16,242 nt of DNA from Promethearchaeota archaeon (GTDB lineage: Archaea; Asgardarchaeota; Lokiarchaeia; Sigyniarchaeales; SOKP01): contig SDNY01000082.1 of assembly GCA_004524535.1 (NCBI GenBank), positions 1-16,242 on the forward strand, in the 5' to 3' direction. The notes under the pieces were generated by a model. The model was not told the origin of the DNA, searched no databases, and worked only from the letters and a program-made list of their open reading frames with translations. Position 1 is the first letter of the stretch, and every line of letters begins with the position of its first letter. Made by a program: the position numbers and the translations under genes. Positions 6,893 to 15,861 of the stretch are shown here, one piece after another.

Positions 6893-8011
6893 TTATTCAG
6901 TTTTTTTGCTTTGTTCTTCTTCTTGTTCTGATTCTTGTTGTTTATTATATTCCTCAACTTTTTTCATAACCGATTCTGATGGTGTTGTTGCTGGTGCTGG
7001 TATGGGCATTTTTTCGTAAATTTCAATGAATTTAACATCATTAATTTCTTCTCCCATATTGGTTTGCAAATCCATAGCAAGCCCGAATTTTAACATTATT
7101 AAATTTTGGAACAAAAATTGTTTAGGAATTATGAATTCAATTGATTTATCTTTCTTATTATAATTTGCTTTAAAATCGGCTATATTTGCCTTTGGAATTC
7201 CTTTATTTATCATAAAATACTCAATCTTGTCATTAAAATCTTCGATTTTATCGATTACTTCGATATTATAATCTAGATTTTGTCCCGCTAATGGATGATT
7301 ATAGTCAATTATAACTCTACCTTGCAAAATATTAGTTACTGTCCCCCGTTGACCATCTTTCTTAACAAAATCTTGTCCTAGCTCTGGATTCTTGCCGTCA
7401 TTTAATTTTCTAAATTTAGCAATTCCTATCCTTTCTATTTTTGCTGGATCTCTTTTGCCAAATCCCTTTGATGGCGGAATACGAACAGATTTCTTTTCAA
7501 AATAATTCATTTTTTCAATAGTATCCATAAGACCTTCATTTAAAAATCCTGGTTTTCCTACGATTACAAATTCGGGGGTATAAATATGTTCCTTCTTCTC
7601 GTCGTAGATGCCTGCTTTCTTAGCGTCTTCAACTGAAGAAACTTGAAAAATTCGGCCTTTTTGAGTTTTTCCCGTTATTTTAACTAAGATAAAATCTCCT
7701 TCTTCAACTTTTTTTCCTTCTAATAGTTTTTTCTTTTCTTCCAGCTTTTTAAGTTCTTCTTGAATTTTTTTCTCTTCATCAATATCTTCAGGGGATTCCT
7801 TAACTTCGGATTCAGTTTCATCTGATTGTTCTTCTAATAATATTTTTGCGTTATCAATATATTTCTGGGCGGATGCTTTACCAATACCTTTAATTTTTAA
7901 TAAATCATCTATATTAGCACTTGCTAACTTTTCAACAGAGTCTATTCCCGCCTCTTTAAGATTTTCCGCTTTTTTGCCCAAACCTTTTACATCTTCTAAT
8001 TTAAGATTCAT
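6893..8011 (-). CDS. Archaeal long-type FKBP peptidyl-prolyl isomerase/chaperone (SlyD-like) with N-terminal helix-hairpin-helix domain
   Basis: FKBP motifs EGDFILVKITGK, IPPSKGFGKRDP and VIIDYNHPLAGQNLDYNIEV, plus the extra C-terminal domain of long-type FKBPs. The N-terminus VKGLGKK...AGIDSVEKLA...LLKIKGIGKASAQK is a tandem HhH. Confidence 0.88.
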   Translation of the reverse strand: MNLKLEDVKGLGKKAENLKEAGIDSVEKLASANIDDLLKIKGIGKASAQKYIDNAKILLEEQSDETESEVKESPEDIDEEKKIQEELKKLEEKKKLLEGKKVEEGDFILVKITGKTQKGRIFQVSSVEDAKKAGIYDEKKEHIYTPEFVIVGKPGFLNEGLMDTIEKMNYFEKKSVRIPPSKGFGKRDPAKIERIGIAKFRKLNDGKNPELGQDFVKKDGQRGTVTNILQGRVIIDYNHPLAGQNLDYNIEVIDKIEDFNDKIEYFMINKGIPKANIADFKANYNKKDKSIEFIIPKQFLFQNLIMLKFGLAMDLQTNMGEEINDVKFIEIYEKMPIPAPATTPSESVMKKVEEYNKQQESEQEEEQSKKTE

Positions 8012-8155
8012 AATAAATTCATTTCCAATTTAAACATTAAGCCTAATAACTGTTAATAAGTTAAATACCAAAGTATTAGAGCCCTTATAGGTTTTACTAT
8101 ATAAACATAGAAAGATAATATTTTTTAAATGGATAAGTCAAATATGGGTAGTAAT

Positions 8156-9271
8156 TTATGAAACAGGTTGATATAGAATTCCCAATTTGTCAGCATAATT
8201 TTTGACATCTGCTATCTCTTGTGATGTAGGAAGTCTATTAATTTCTTTATACTTATTTGTTTTGTACTGAGGCCGGTATTGCTGCATAATATTTACAGCA
8301 CATTTAGGGATTTCTTTTGCTACATAATCCAAAATAGGTTTTGAACAGCATTCAATATGATTCGGCATTACTAGATGACGAATAATAATTTCACCGCTAC
8401 CCTCATCATGTATTCTTTTATGATTTCGAGATATAACATCGAAATAATTTTTAATTCCTGAGTATTTCTCAGCACATTCATTATTTCCATATTTAAAATC
8501 AGGCAACCAAAAATCCATAAAATCAATAATTAGAGATAAAGATTCGTTTGTTAAATAAAAATTTGAATTCCATAACTGGCAAATATTGGATGTTTGATAT
8601 TTTAAACTCCCAACAATCGTGTGCAAATTTGGGATAGGATCGCCTCCGACATAATTAATATTAAATGCTCCTTTTTCCACCAGTCTCTCCGCTATTGCTG
8701 CTAATTTTTTTTCATTGATTTTTTGAGCAATATCTTCAATATTTCTTCTACCTTTCCAAGCTTGGGAGAGATCGTAGTTCTGGCAAAATACACATCCAAA
8801 GTTGCAAGATTGAAAGAAAATAGTACCAGAAGGAACCAGAACAGATTCTTCTCCGAAATGTAGAAAAGCTGAAGAGACATAAGAGTCCTTAGTTAATAAA
8901 CAATAGCCCGTTTCATTTTGAATTCGATTGACACCACACCTTCGTTCGCAAAAAATGCAACTCTCAAGATACCTATTTGCGATGGTTGTAGCTAAATCTA
9001 TATAAGATGAAGCTTTAATTTCTCGATTTTTAAGTGATGCGATGCTTTTTTTTAGTAACTCGTTAAATTCAATAGATTTTTCTTTTAATAAATTCTCTAA
9101 AACCTCTAAAGAATCATTATTAGGATCAAATTTACATTCTAAGCTTTTAGCAATTAAATATCTTGCTATTTGCTTTCCATCTAAAATTCCTCTGTAATTA
9201 GAAAAGCGTTTAAGAATATATTCGTTCTCCCAAGCTGAAAGTGAGTCTGGACGTAAAATTCTAAAAGCCAT
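8156..9271 (-). CDS. pflX: Radical SAM protein, PflX-like (COG1313 type)
   Basis: CIFCERRCGVNR, HFGEE...PSGTIFF, CxxxCxxC motif CNFGCVFCQN, NINYVGGDP, PDFKYGN, IIRHLVMPNHIECC and NIMQQYRP. Confidence 0.88.
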   Translation of the reverse strand: MAFRILRPDSLSAWENEYILKRFSNYRGILDGKQIARYLIAKSLECKFDPNNDSLEVLENLLKEKSIEFNELLKKSIASLKNREIKASSYIDLATTIANRYLESCIFCERRCGVNRIQNETGYCLLTKDSYVSSAFLHFGEESVLVPSGTIFFQSCNFGCVFCQNYDLSQAWKGRRNIEDIAQKINEKKLAAIAERLVEKGAFNINYVGGDPIPNLHTIVGSLKYQTSNICQLWNSNFYLTNESLSLIIDFMDFWLPDFKYGNNECAEKYSGIKNYFDVISRNHKRIHDEGSGEIIIRHLVMPNHIECCSKPILDYVAKEIPKCAVNIMQQYRPQYKTNKYKEINRLPTSQEIADVKNYADKLGILYQPVS

Positions 9272-9297
9272 AATTCTTATTTAAATTATTCAATCAG

Positions 9298-10023
9298 TTA
9301 AATCTCAAAGGATAACCAGTTTATGATATTCTCAAGAAATTTGAGATTATCTCCGGCATCTAAGCCAAAATCATTGTCTTCAAGCAACCAATCTGAAGAT
9401 CCTACAGTCACACACCTTCCACGAAAAAATTCGCTAACAACGCATATCGGAACTTGTCCAACATCATCGATCTCATCATCGCTGTGATACTCAAATTCTG
9501 CTTTCTCCGAAGTCAATATAATATCTTCAACTTCTTCTTCTGTTAAATTAAAAAAAGTGCAATTCGGGAAAACCAATTCCGTTATTCCTTTTGTAATAGA
9601 ATGTGAAAATAACTCAGTTATCAAAACATTTTTCTTTTTTACTAAAAAATTAGAACTGGCTTCTAGAATCCTCCCATTCCAGAATCTTTTTACTCCTGTT
9701 ATTTTGTATAATACTCTAATAGAACCTTCTTTCATTGATATATTGTTATCTCCACCAGCACCACTAGTTAATAAAAGTCCTCCACCTTCTCCTATAAATC
9801 TTTTTATATCTTTTAATTGATCTGGAGTAAATTTATCAGTTTTTTTATTTTTAGCATGTTGAATATTCCCGATAAATAAAATATCGTAATCTTCCAAGGC
9901 GTCAAAATCTAATATATCATTTTTATCTATGTAATCAACATCATAATCATCCTCACTTAAAGCAAGTTCTGGGAACTCAACTTGTTCACGATGAGACAAA
10001 TCTACGATAATTTTATAGGGCAC
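9298..10023 (-). CDS. Stand-alone GIFT (GldG/IFT52)/DUF4350-like domain protein, class I glutamine amidotransferase-like fold
   Basis: IIVDLSHRE, YDILFIG...KFTPDQLKDIKRFIGEGGGLLL, HSITKGI, GRCVTVGSSD and DNLKFLENIINWLS. GTG start; no signal peptide or transmembrane segment. Confidence 0.65.
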   Translation of the reverse strand: MPYKIIVDLSHREQVEFPELALSEDDYDVDYIDKNDILDFDALEDYDILFIGNIQHAKNKKTDKFTPDQLKDIKRFIGEGGGLLLTSGAGGDNNISMKEGSIRVLYKITGVKRFWNGRILEASSNFLVKKKNVLITELFSHSITKGITELVFPNCTFFNLTEEEVEDIILTSEKAEFEYHSDDEIDDVGQVPICVVSEFFRGRCVTVGSSDWLLEDNDFGLDAGDNLKFLENIINWLSFEI

Positions 10024-10227
10024 TGCTTTATCACTAAAATTATTTTGATCAATATATCAATTTACGGAAAAAAATTTTGTAATTTGTTTTATTAAGATAT
10101 GCTATTATTATTAAAAATTATTAAAATCATTAAAATTACAAAATCAATAAATTTAAACTTTTCTTAAGGAAGAATTTAATGATTATTAAAAAGAATTATT
10201 AATGAAAAAATAAGTAGAAAAACATTA

Positions 10228-10938
10228 TTAGGATTGATTTATAGAAATAAACTCTTTTTCAGCGGGACCTTTCTCTTTAACAACTACAATATCAATCCCA
10301 TTCCCACTTGCCATATCTCTAATTATTGAGGAGGTAACAGCCGTCCTGACAATTTCTTTAGCTTCTTCAATCGAAAGATCATCCTTATACTTAGCTTCTA
10401 ACACACCATAAGAAAAATTCTGCCCACTTCCCACAGCAACGTATTTTTCTGGCAAAATTGAACCGTAAGCTCCAATGTCTAATAATACAGGTCCTTCTTC
10501 TCTTGTCACACCTCCTAATATAAGCCCAACTTCAAAAGGAAATAATTTATATCGATAAAGGAGATTTGACATCATCTTTCCAGCTGCTTTTACTGGAATT
10601 GGCTTTTCTTTTTGTAATTGGTAAATTTTTGTTTCAGCTCGCAAAATATCAACTAGATACTGGGCATCTGCCACAGAGCCCGCTATAGTTAAATAAAGAT
10701 GCTCTTGTATTCTATGGACTTTTTCTGCTGTCTTACTCGCAATAAAATATGTTAGAGTCGCTCGTTTGTCGGCTCCGAGAACCACAGCGTCCTTGCATAC
10801 TAAACCAACCGTTGTGGTTCCTGTACTAAAAGTTGAGGCTTTTGTCAATTCATGATCTTTACTGGAATTTAAAGAAGTGATGTCAACTTCATTACTAAAT
10901 TTACTTACAAGAGGTTTCAGTATATCTTCTTTTCTCAT
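10228..10938 (-). CDS. psmB: 20S proteasome beta subunit (Ntn hydrolase) with 40-aa propeptide
   Basis: G|TTTVGLVCKDAVVLGADKRAT (catalytic Thr41), TIAGSVADAQ, YVAVGSG, and RDMASGNGID. Confidence 0.95.
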   Translation of the reverse strand: MRKEDILKPLVSKFSNEVDITSLNSSKDHELTKASTFSTGTTTVGLVCKDAVVLGADKRATLTYFIASKTAEKVHRIQEHLYLTIAGSVADAQYLVDILRAETKIYQLQKEKPIPVKAAGKMMSNLLYRYKLFPFEVGLILGGVTREEGPVLLDIGAYGSILPEKYVAVGSGQNFSYGVLEAKYKDDLSIEEAKEIVRTAVTSSIIRDMASGNGIDIVVVKEKGPAEKEFISINQS

Positions 10939-11040
10939 AATTTCAATAAAGATCTAATAGTTTAATAATTTTCTCTTAAATTTTTATAAATTTGATATTA
11001 AAAGTCTATTTGATAATTCTCGAAATCCTCATTTTTCTAT

Positions 11041-13413
11041 TTATCCAAATGTTTTCATTTTCGTAATTTCAGCAATATTCATATATTTCAATTTCCTGAA
11101 TTGGAATAGAAGTACTAATGCGATCATTATACTCATACATATACCGAAATATACATAGCTTATAGGATATATATTCACGAACAACCCAGGCATTAAACTG
11201 GAATACATCTCAAAGATACCAATCATTATTAAAAATCCTAACATCAACCCAAGAGGGATTGAAATAGCAAAATAAATTAAAAGTTCTTTAAAAATACTTT
11301 TTTTAATCTCAGAATCTAATAGTCCCAACGCTTTCATATTTGCATAATCTTCAATTCGATAATCAACCAGATTTTTTACTATAACCCCAACGATTCCTAA
11401 TCCAAACAATAAAAATATGAGTGCTAACACCCATATAACACCTTGAGTTATTTCAATCGCACTTTCTAAATCCTCTTTAATACTCTCTTTTAATATAACA
11501 TCTTTAACAATTGGTAAATCCTGAATATCTTGAATAAACTCATCTTCATCAACATCTTTCTCTATTTTGAAATAGACTGTATTAACCCTATTTGAATTAT
11601 TCAATAAGCTTTGAGCTCTTTTAAGAGGCATATAAATAGTAACCGCCGTCATATCATTCACTGTTCCGACTACCGAAAATTCCTTTACCTCCTCTGAGAA
11701 TATTGTCTTGAGAAACACATGGGAACCAATTTTAAGGGAATACTTTTGAAGAGTATCTTTAGATAGGAAAATTTCATTCCTTTTTTCAATTTTTGCAGGA
11801 TTCTCCGTTTTTAACATATGTAATTCTGCATCATCTTCAAAAGCCATTAACCTGAAGTAATCATTAAAATCATTCTTATTTCTTGATAAAAGAACAGTAT
11901 CAACAATACCAAATTCATACATATCAATTCCAGAAATACTGCTTAAATTGTTATCTAGTACATATTCATCTTCATATTGCCAAGTTGCAGCCATCGCATC
12001 CCATCTTTCGATATCATCAAGTTTTTTATCAATGGAATATATGATACTGTCAGAAAGACTGAATGAGAAAAATATAAAGCACGATGATATTGTAAGGCCA
12101 ATAAGCAGGAGCCCTAGAAATAATTTTTTTCCATAGACTCTGCGAATTGTATATTTTTTAAATGGATGTAGATTTTTATTAAATCTTAATGCGATTTTTT
12201 CTAAAAAATTCGTTTTTGACAGGAATTTTGTTTCATATTTTAACGATTGTTGAACATCCATAGTAAATGATCGTTTTATGATGAGAATCGTGGTCAAGGA
12301 AGATACGGCAAATAAACAAATGCCGATAAATATAGTGTTATTAAAAGTAAATGATATCCCAGGAGAAAAGGGAATTTTCATCATGTCAGCGAGCCAAATA
12401 TTAAAAGGAATATTTAAAGCTAATCCAACTATACTTCCAAGTACAAAGGCAATTGAAAATATCAGTAGATTAAAAATAAGATAAGCCCCAAGAATTTCGC
12501 CCTTTGTTGCCCCTAATCCTTGAAACACCGAGACTGATTTCAAATCCGCTTCTATTAATCGATATATGACCACAATCAATACAATTATTGACCCTATGAT
12601 AAATGCGATAAGAAAGATCAATAGCATCTGTCTATCTGACTCTTCATCTTCCCGCATTGATTTAATAAAGGGTTGGTCTTCCTGGGGAACTATTTTTTGA
12701 AGTATTATGCCAAATTCCTCTTCAATTGCAACCTTAATATCATCTTGATCCTCTTCCTCCTCGATTTTATAGATTATTTGGTTGATTACGACTGTTGGGG
12801 AAAGGAGAATATTATTACTTAAAAACTCAAGCGATACAAAAAATACTGGATAAGGATCCAACGAGGGAATGATTATATCTTCATGCAAGGGTACCATTGT
12901 AAATTCAGGAGTGTACCCGACTTCTTTTATTTCAACTCTGTGGCTCATAGAACCATATCTTATTGATATATCATCTCCCACTTTAGCATCTATAAAATCT
13001 GCAAAATTCCAATTCAGACAATACTCATATTCCTCGATTTCATCTTTATCATCATCCAGTAAAGCATTTATGTGAGACGAAAGGGATGTATCTAATCCTA
13101 TCAATAATCCTTCAAATTCTTCATCATCAATTTCAAATTTTAAGGTAAGTATCATTCTAAATTCATATTCATTAAAATATTCACTTGCAATTGAATTAAG
13201 GCGTTGATCAGTGGAACTTCTATTTTGGGCATCTAAATATATAAATCCATCTGCAAAATTACTTAATTCGATCACTTCATTTATAACTCTGCTACGAGAA
13301 TCTTGGACATCATATAATACACTCCCAAAGCCGATAGTGAATACCATTAATATTAAAATTGGAATTACCTTTCCCTTATTCTTAAGAAGCGTCCGAGATC
13401 CTTTTTTATACAT
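11041..13413 (-). CDS. ABC transporter permease, FtsX/MacB (type VII) family, two fused repeats
   Basis: Two repeats of TM1 + large extracytoplasmic domain + 3 TM. Family motifs VFQGLGATKGEI and MKALGLLDSEI. It lies directly downstream of the ATPase gene. Confidence 0.85.
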   Translation of the reverse strand: MYKKGSRTLLKNKGKVIPILILMVFTIGFGSVLYDVQDSRSRVINEVIELSNFADGFIYLDAQNRSSTDQRLNSIASEYFNEYEFRMILTLKFEIDDEEFEGLLIGLDTSLSSHINALLDDDKDEIEEYEYCLNWNFADFIDAKVGDDISIRYGSMSHRVEIKEVGYTPEFTMVPLHEDIIIPSLDPYPVFFVSLEFLSNNILLSPTVVINQIIYKIEEEEDQDDIKVAIEEEFGIILQKIVPQEDQPFIKSMREDEESDRQMLLIFLIAFIIGSIIVLIVVIYRLIEADLKSVSVFQGLGATKGEILGAYLIFNLLIFSIAFVLGSIVGLALNIPFNIWLADMMKIPFSPGISFTFNNTIFIGICLFAVSSLTTILIIKRSFTMDVQQSLKYETKFLSKTNFLEKIALRFNKNLHPFKKYTIRRVYGKKLFLGLLLIGLTISSCFIFFSFSLSDSIIYSIDKKLDDIERWDAMAATWQYEDEYVLDNNLSSISGIDMYEFGIVDTVLLSRNKNDFNDYFRLMAFEDDAELHMLKTENPAKIEKRNEIFLSKDTLQKYSLKIGSHVFLKTIFSEEVKEFSVVGTVNDMTAVTIYMPLKRAQSLLNNSNRVNTVYFKIEKDVDEDEFIQDIQDLPIVKDVILKESIKEDLESAIEITQGVIWVLALIFLLFGLGIVGVIVKNLVDYRIEDYANMKALGLLDSEIKKSIFKELLIYFAISIPLGLMLGFLIMIGIFEMYSSLMPGLFVNIYPISYVYFGICMSIMIALVLLFQFRKLKYMNIAEITKMKTFG

Positions 13414-13445
13414 GAACCATAGTGATCTTTTCAGAAAATTCCCCC

Positions 13446-14213
13446 CTAATTATTATTATTATTATAGATAATTTTATGAGCCACTTCCTCGCTTTTAATG
13501 ATTTTTCCATCCCGGATAAAAATGTGTTTTTCGGCGTATTTATTCGCCATATCCTCATCATGTGTTACGATTAGTACTGTCTTTCCATATTTCACAGCCA
13601 TATTTTTTAAGAGACGGTAAATATCATTGCTTTTCTTCGTATCTAAATTCCCTGTCGGCTCATCTGCAAGGATTAATACTGGATCTTTAACAAGAGCTCG
13701 AGCAATAGCGACTCTTTGTTGTTCACCTCCAGAAAGCTGATTAGGATAATGATCTAGTTTCTCTGTTAATCCAAATTCTGTCAGAAGCTCTATTGACTTC
13801 TTTTTGGGATTTTCTATATTTGAAAATCTTGCAGCTAACTCAACATTCTCTAAAGCTGTTAAAATAGGGATTAAATTATAGAATTGAAAAATGATTCCTA
13901 TTTTTTGTCTTCGATAGAGGGTTAATTGGTCTTTTGAAAATTTCGTGATATCTCGCATTGAACCATCAAAATTAATAAGGATTTCTCCTTTGTCAGGAGA
14001 ATCAAGCCCTCCCAAAACATTTAATAAAGTAGATTTGCCGCATCCTGATGGTCCTAAGATCATTTTAAAAGCTCCCTTTTTTATTTTGAGATTAATCCCA
14101 TTTAATGCTCTTACTTCAATATCACCTGTATAGTAGCTTTTCATGACGTCTTTTATAATAATTTGAACGTCTGATTCGTTGATCACATATTTTCCAACCT
14201 TACTTTTTGACAT
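13446..14213 (-). CDS. ABC transporter ATP-binding protein, LolD/MacB/SalX family
   Basis: Walker [11 protein letters not shown]-loop IFQFYNL, signature LSGGEQQR, Walker [13 protein letters not shown]-loop VTHD. The start is placed at 14213 (MSKSK) because an SD-like GGTGT lies 7 nt upstream; the ORF track start is 14240. Confidence 0.93.
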   Translation of the reverse strand: MSKSKVGKYVINESDVQIIIKDVMKSYYTGDIEVRALNGINLKIKKGAFKMILGPSGCGKSTLLNVLGGLDSPDKGEILINFDGSMRDITKFSKDQLTLYRRQKIGIIFQFYNLIPILTALENVELAARFSNIENPKKKSIELLTEFGLTEKLDHYPNQLSGGEQQRVAIARALVKDPVLILADEPTGNLDTKKSNDIYRLLKNMAVKYGKTVLIVTHDEDMANKYAEKHIFIRDGKIIKSEEVAHKIIYNNNNN

Positions 14214-14234
14214 CTTTTTTACACCTTTTTCATA

Positions 14235-14316
14235 TTTCATAAAATTTGAAATTTAAAAACTCCAAATAAATAAAGTAAAAGTACATATATAAATGTTTTC
14301 ACAAGATTTGAAATTT
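14235..14316. promoter_or_regulatory. Two copies of palindromic operator candidate TTTCA-N7-TGAAA
   Basis: TTTCAtaaaattTGAAAttt (14235-14254) and TTTCAcaagattTGAAAttt (14297-14316) are 18/20 identical and 62 bp apart, between the divergent ABC and regulator genes. Confidence 0.7.
14286..14300 (-). promoter_or_regulatory. BRE/TATA-like promoter for the ABC operon
   Basis: The minus strand reads GAAAACA-TTTATATA (14300 to 14286), upstream of the ATPase start. Confidence 0.5.
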
Positions 14317-14332
14317 GAAAAAAATTTATATA
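14317..14332 (+). promoter_or_regulatory. BRE/TATA-like promoter for the regulator (probably leaderless transcript)
   Basis: GAAAAAAA-TTTATATA at 14317-14332 ends 26 nt before in-frame ATG 14359, the typical geometry of an archaeal leaderless mRNA. Confidence 0.55.
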
Positions 14333-14358
14333 GTTGCATGATCTTATTTATATTGTCA

Positions 14359-15435
14359 ATGTCGAATAGGAGAACCTTTAGGAATACTCATATTTTTGAG
14401 GGTAAAATTCGGGAATATGAGCTTCAATTAATTAATTTTGCATTAGCCATTGGAGAACGTCGTGGTCAGAGCCCAATTATAACGAATTTATTAACATATT
14501 TACTAATCCATGAACAATTGACACAAAAACAGCTAAAACAATTAACTGGATTCTCAATAGGATCAATATCAACTCATTTAACAGCAATGATGAGTATGGG
14601 ATTTATTGATAAAAGATTTATTCCTGGTACCCATACAAATACCTATTTTTTAAAAATTGATTTAGGTCCGAACTTATCAAATTTAAAGAAAATGAGTCTA
14701 AGTTACTTAAACCAAGCTCGTGAATTTCTTAAATCTAAAAGAGAAGACCTAAACAAAATTATTGATAAAAAGAAAGAAGGCTTAGAAACTATTTTAAATC
14801 GATTTAATGAAATCGAGGTCGTTTTACAAATTTATGCTAAGCTCGTAGAAATGTTAATCAATGTTGATGATATTAAGGATTTCGATTATGATTTGAAATA
14901 TCATAAAGATCCCTATTACACTACTGAATTCGATCCTGAAATTAAGATTATAGAAGATGATCTGGTTGAATTTTTTACTTATACCCCTATGTTTTTTGGA
15001 AAGCAAGAATTGTTTTCAGAAGTTTTTGCATATTTTATTACAAGGAAAAAGTTAAGTCAAAAAAATCTAAGAAAATTAACAGGATTATCTGCAGGAAAAA
15101 TCTCACAAGAAATAAATAACCTTCTTGAACTAGGAATTATCAGAATAGTAGAGAAATCAGAAAAAGGAGAATTAATCTATCAGATGGATTCTGTTTCTCT
15201 TTCCTTCTTAAAAATCAGTTATAATATCTTAAGTGAATACATTGTCTGGAAGAATAAACTCGGAAAAATCCATTCTGAATTGGAAAGTAATAAAGAACAA
15301 TTAAAAAAATTAAATGGATTCAATGAAATTTATCATTCAGTCAATCTTTTCTTGAAAATTACTCCTATTTATGAAAATTTATATTATGCAATTGAAAAAA
15401 TAAAAAACAAAATGGAATCTTCCTTAACTATATAA
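14359..15435 (+). CDS. Transcriptional regulator with two tandem GbsR/MarR-like winged-HTH modules
   Basis: Module 1 LTQKQLKQLTGFSIGSISTHLTAMMSMGFI and module 2 LSQKNLRKLTGLSAGKISQEINNLLELGII, each followed by a long helical segment. The start is placed at ATG 14359 from TATA spacing; the ORF track start is 14293. Confidence 0.8.
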   Translation: MSNRRTFRNTHIFEGKIREYELQLINFALAIGERRGQSPIITNLLTYLLIHEQLTQKQLKQLTGFSIGSISTHLTAMMSMGFIDKRFIPGTHTNTYFLKIDLGPNLSNLKKMSLSYLNQAREFLKSKREDLNKIIDKKKEGLETILNRFNEIEVVLQIYAKLVEMLINVDDIKDFDYDLKYHKDPYYTTEFDPEIKIIEDDLVEFFTYTPMFFGKQELFSEVFAYFITRKKLSQKNLRKLTGLSAGKISQEINNLLELGIIRIVEKSEKGELIYQMDSVSLSFLKISYNILSEYIVWKNKLGKIHSELESNKEQLKKLNGFNEIYHSVNLFLKITPIYENLYYAIEKIKNKMESSLTI

Positions 15436-15479
15436 AAATTAAAGAAAAAAATTATACTATAAACTATAATACTAATTTT

Positions 15480-15755
15480 TTATGAGAAAATAATTTCTAT
15501 TCCATTATTTATAGCATAATGTTTTGCTTCATTATCATCCTCAAATCTTTTTAACACATCATACTCTCCAAATATCCTTTGACAACCAACATAAACTTCT
15601 GTCATAGGTCTAGCGATATCACCCTGTTCTAAATAAACTTTAATTAAAGCAAAACTTTCGCCTCTATTTTCAAATTCTTTACACTTTTCACATCTTAAAG
15701 GGCCTCTCGCACAATGAATATAAGGCATTCTTTTTATTAGCTTTATAAATTCCAT
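15480..15755 (-). CDS. Small hypothetical protein with His/Cys cluster (possible Zn-binding)
   Basis: 91-aa ORF filling the intergenic gap, with motif HCARGPLRCEKC. No family recognised. Confidence 0.6.
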   Translation of the reverse strand: MEFIKLIKRMPYIHCARGPLRCEKCKEFENRGESFALIKVYLEQGDIARPMTEVYVGCQRIFGEYDVLKRFEDDNEAKHYAINNGIEIIFS

Positions 15756-15861
15756 TCTAGACTCTTTTTATACTTAAATTAAAGAAATTTTAATAAGAAT
15801 GCATAAAGGACGTTTATTATGCTTATTTTAATATACTTTTAAAATTATTTAAAACTATTTT

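Noticed and set aside
7838-8011. RadA/Rad51 gene
   Set aside because: Only an HhH module is present, with no RecA-type ATPase; the rest of the protein is FKBP.
10024-10227. 204-bp AT-rich intergenic region as a possible ncRNA
   Set aside because: No GC-rich stem or recognisable RNA motif; it is consistent with ordinary terminator and promoter DNA.
13441-13463. (ATT)5 microsatellite and C6 run at the ATPase 3' end as a phase-variation site
   Set aside because: The triplet repeat is in frame, giving a terminal poly-Asn, and the C run lies at or after the stop, so slippage would not switch the gene.
9557-14133. Plus-strand short ORFs (9557, 11948, 12278, 12869, 13211, 13945)
   Set aside because: All lie antisense to confident minus-strand genes and have no recognisable features.
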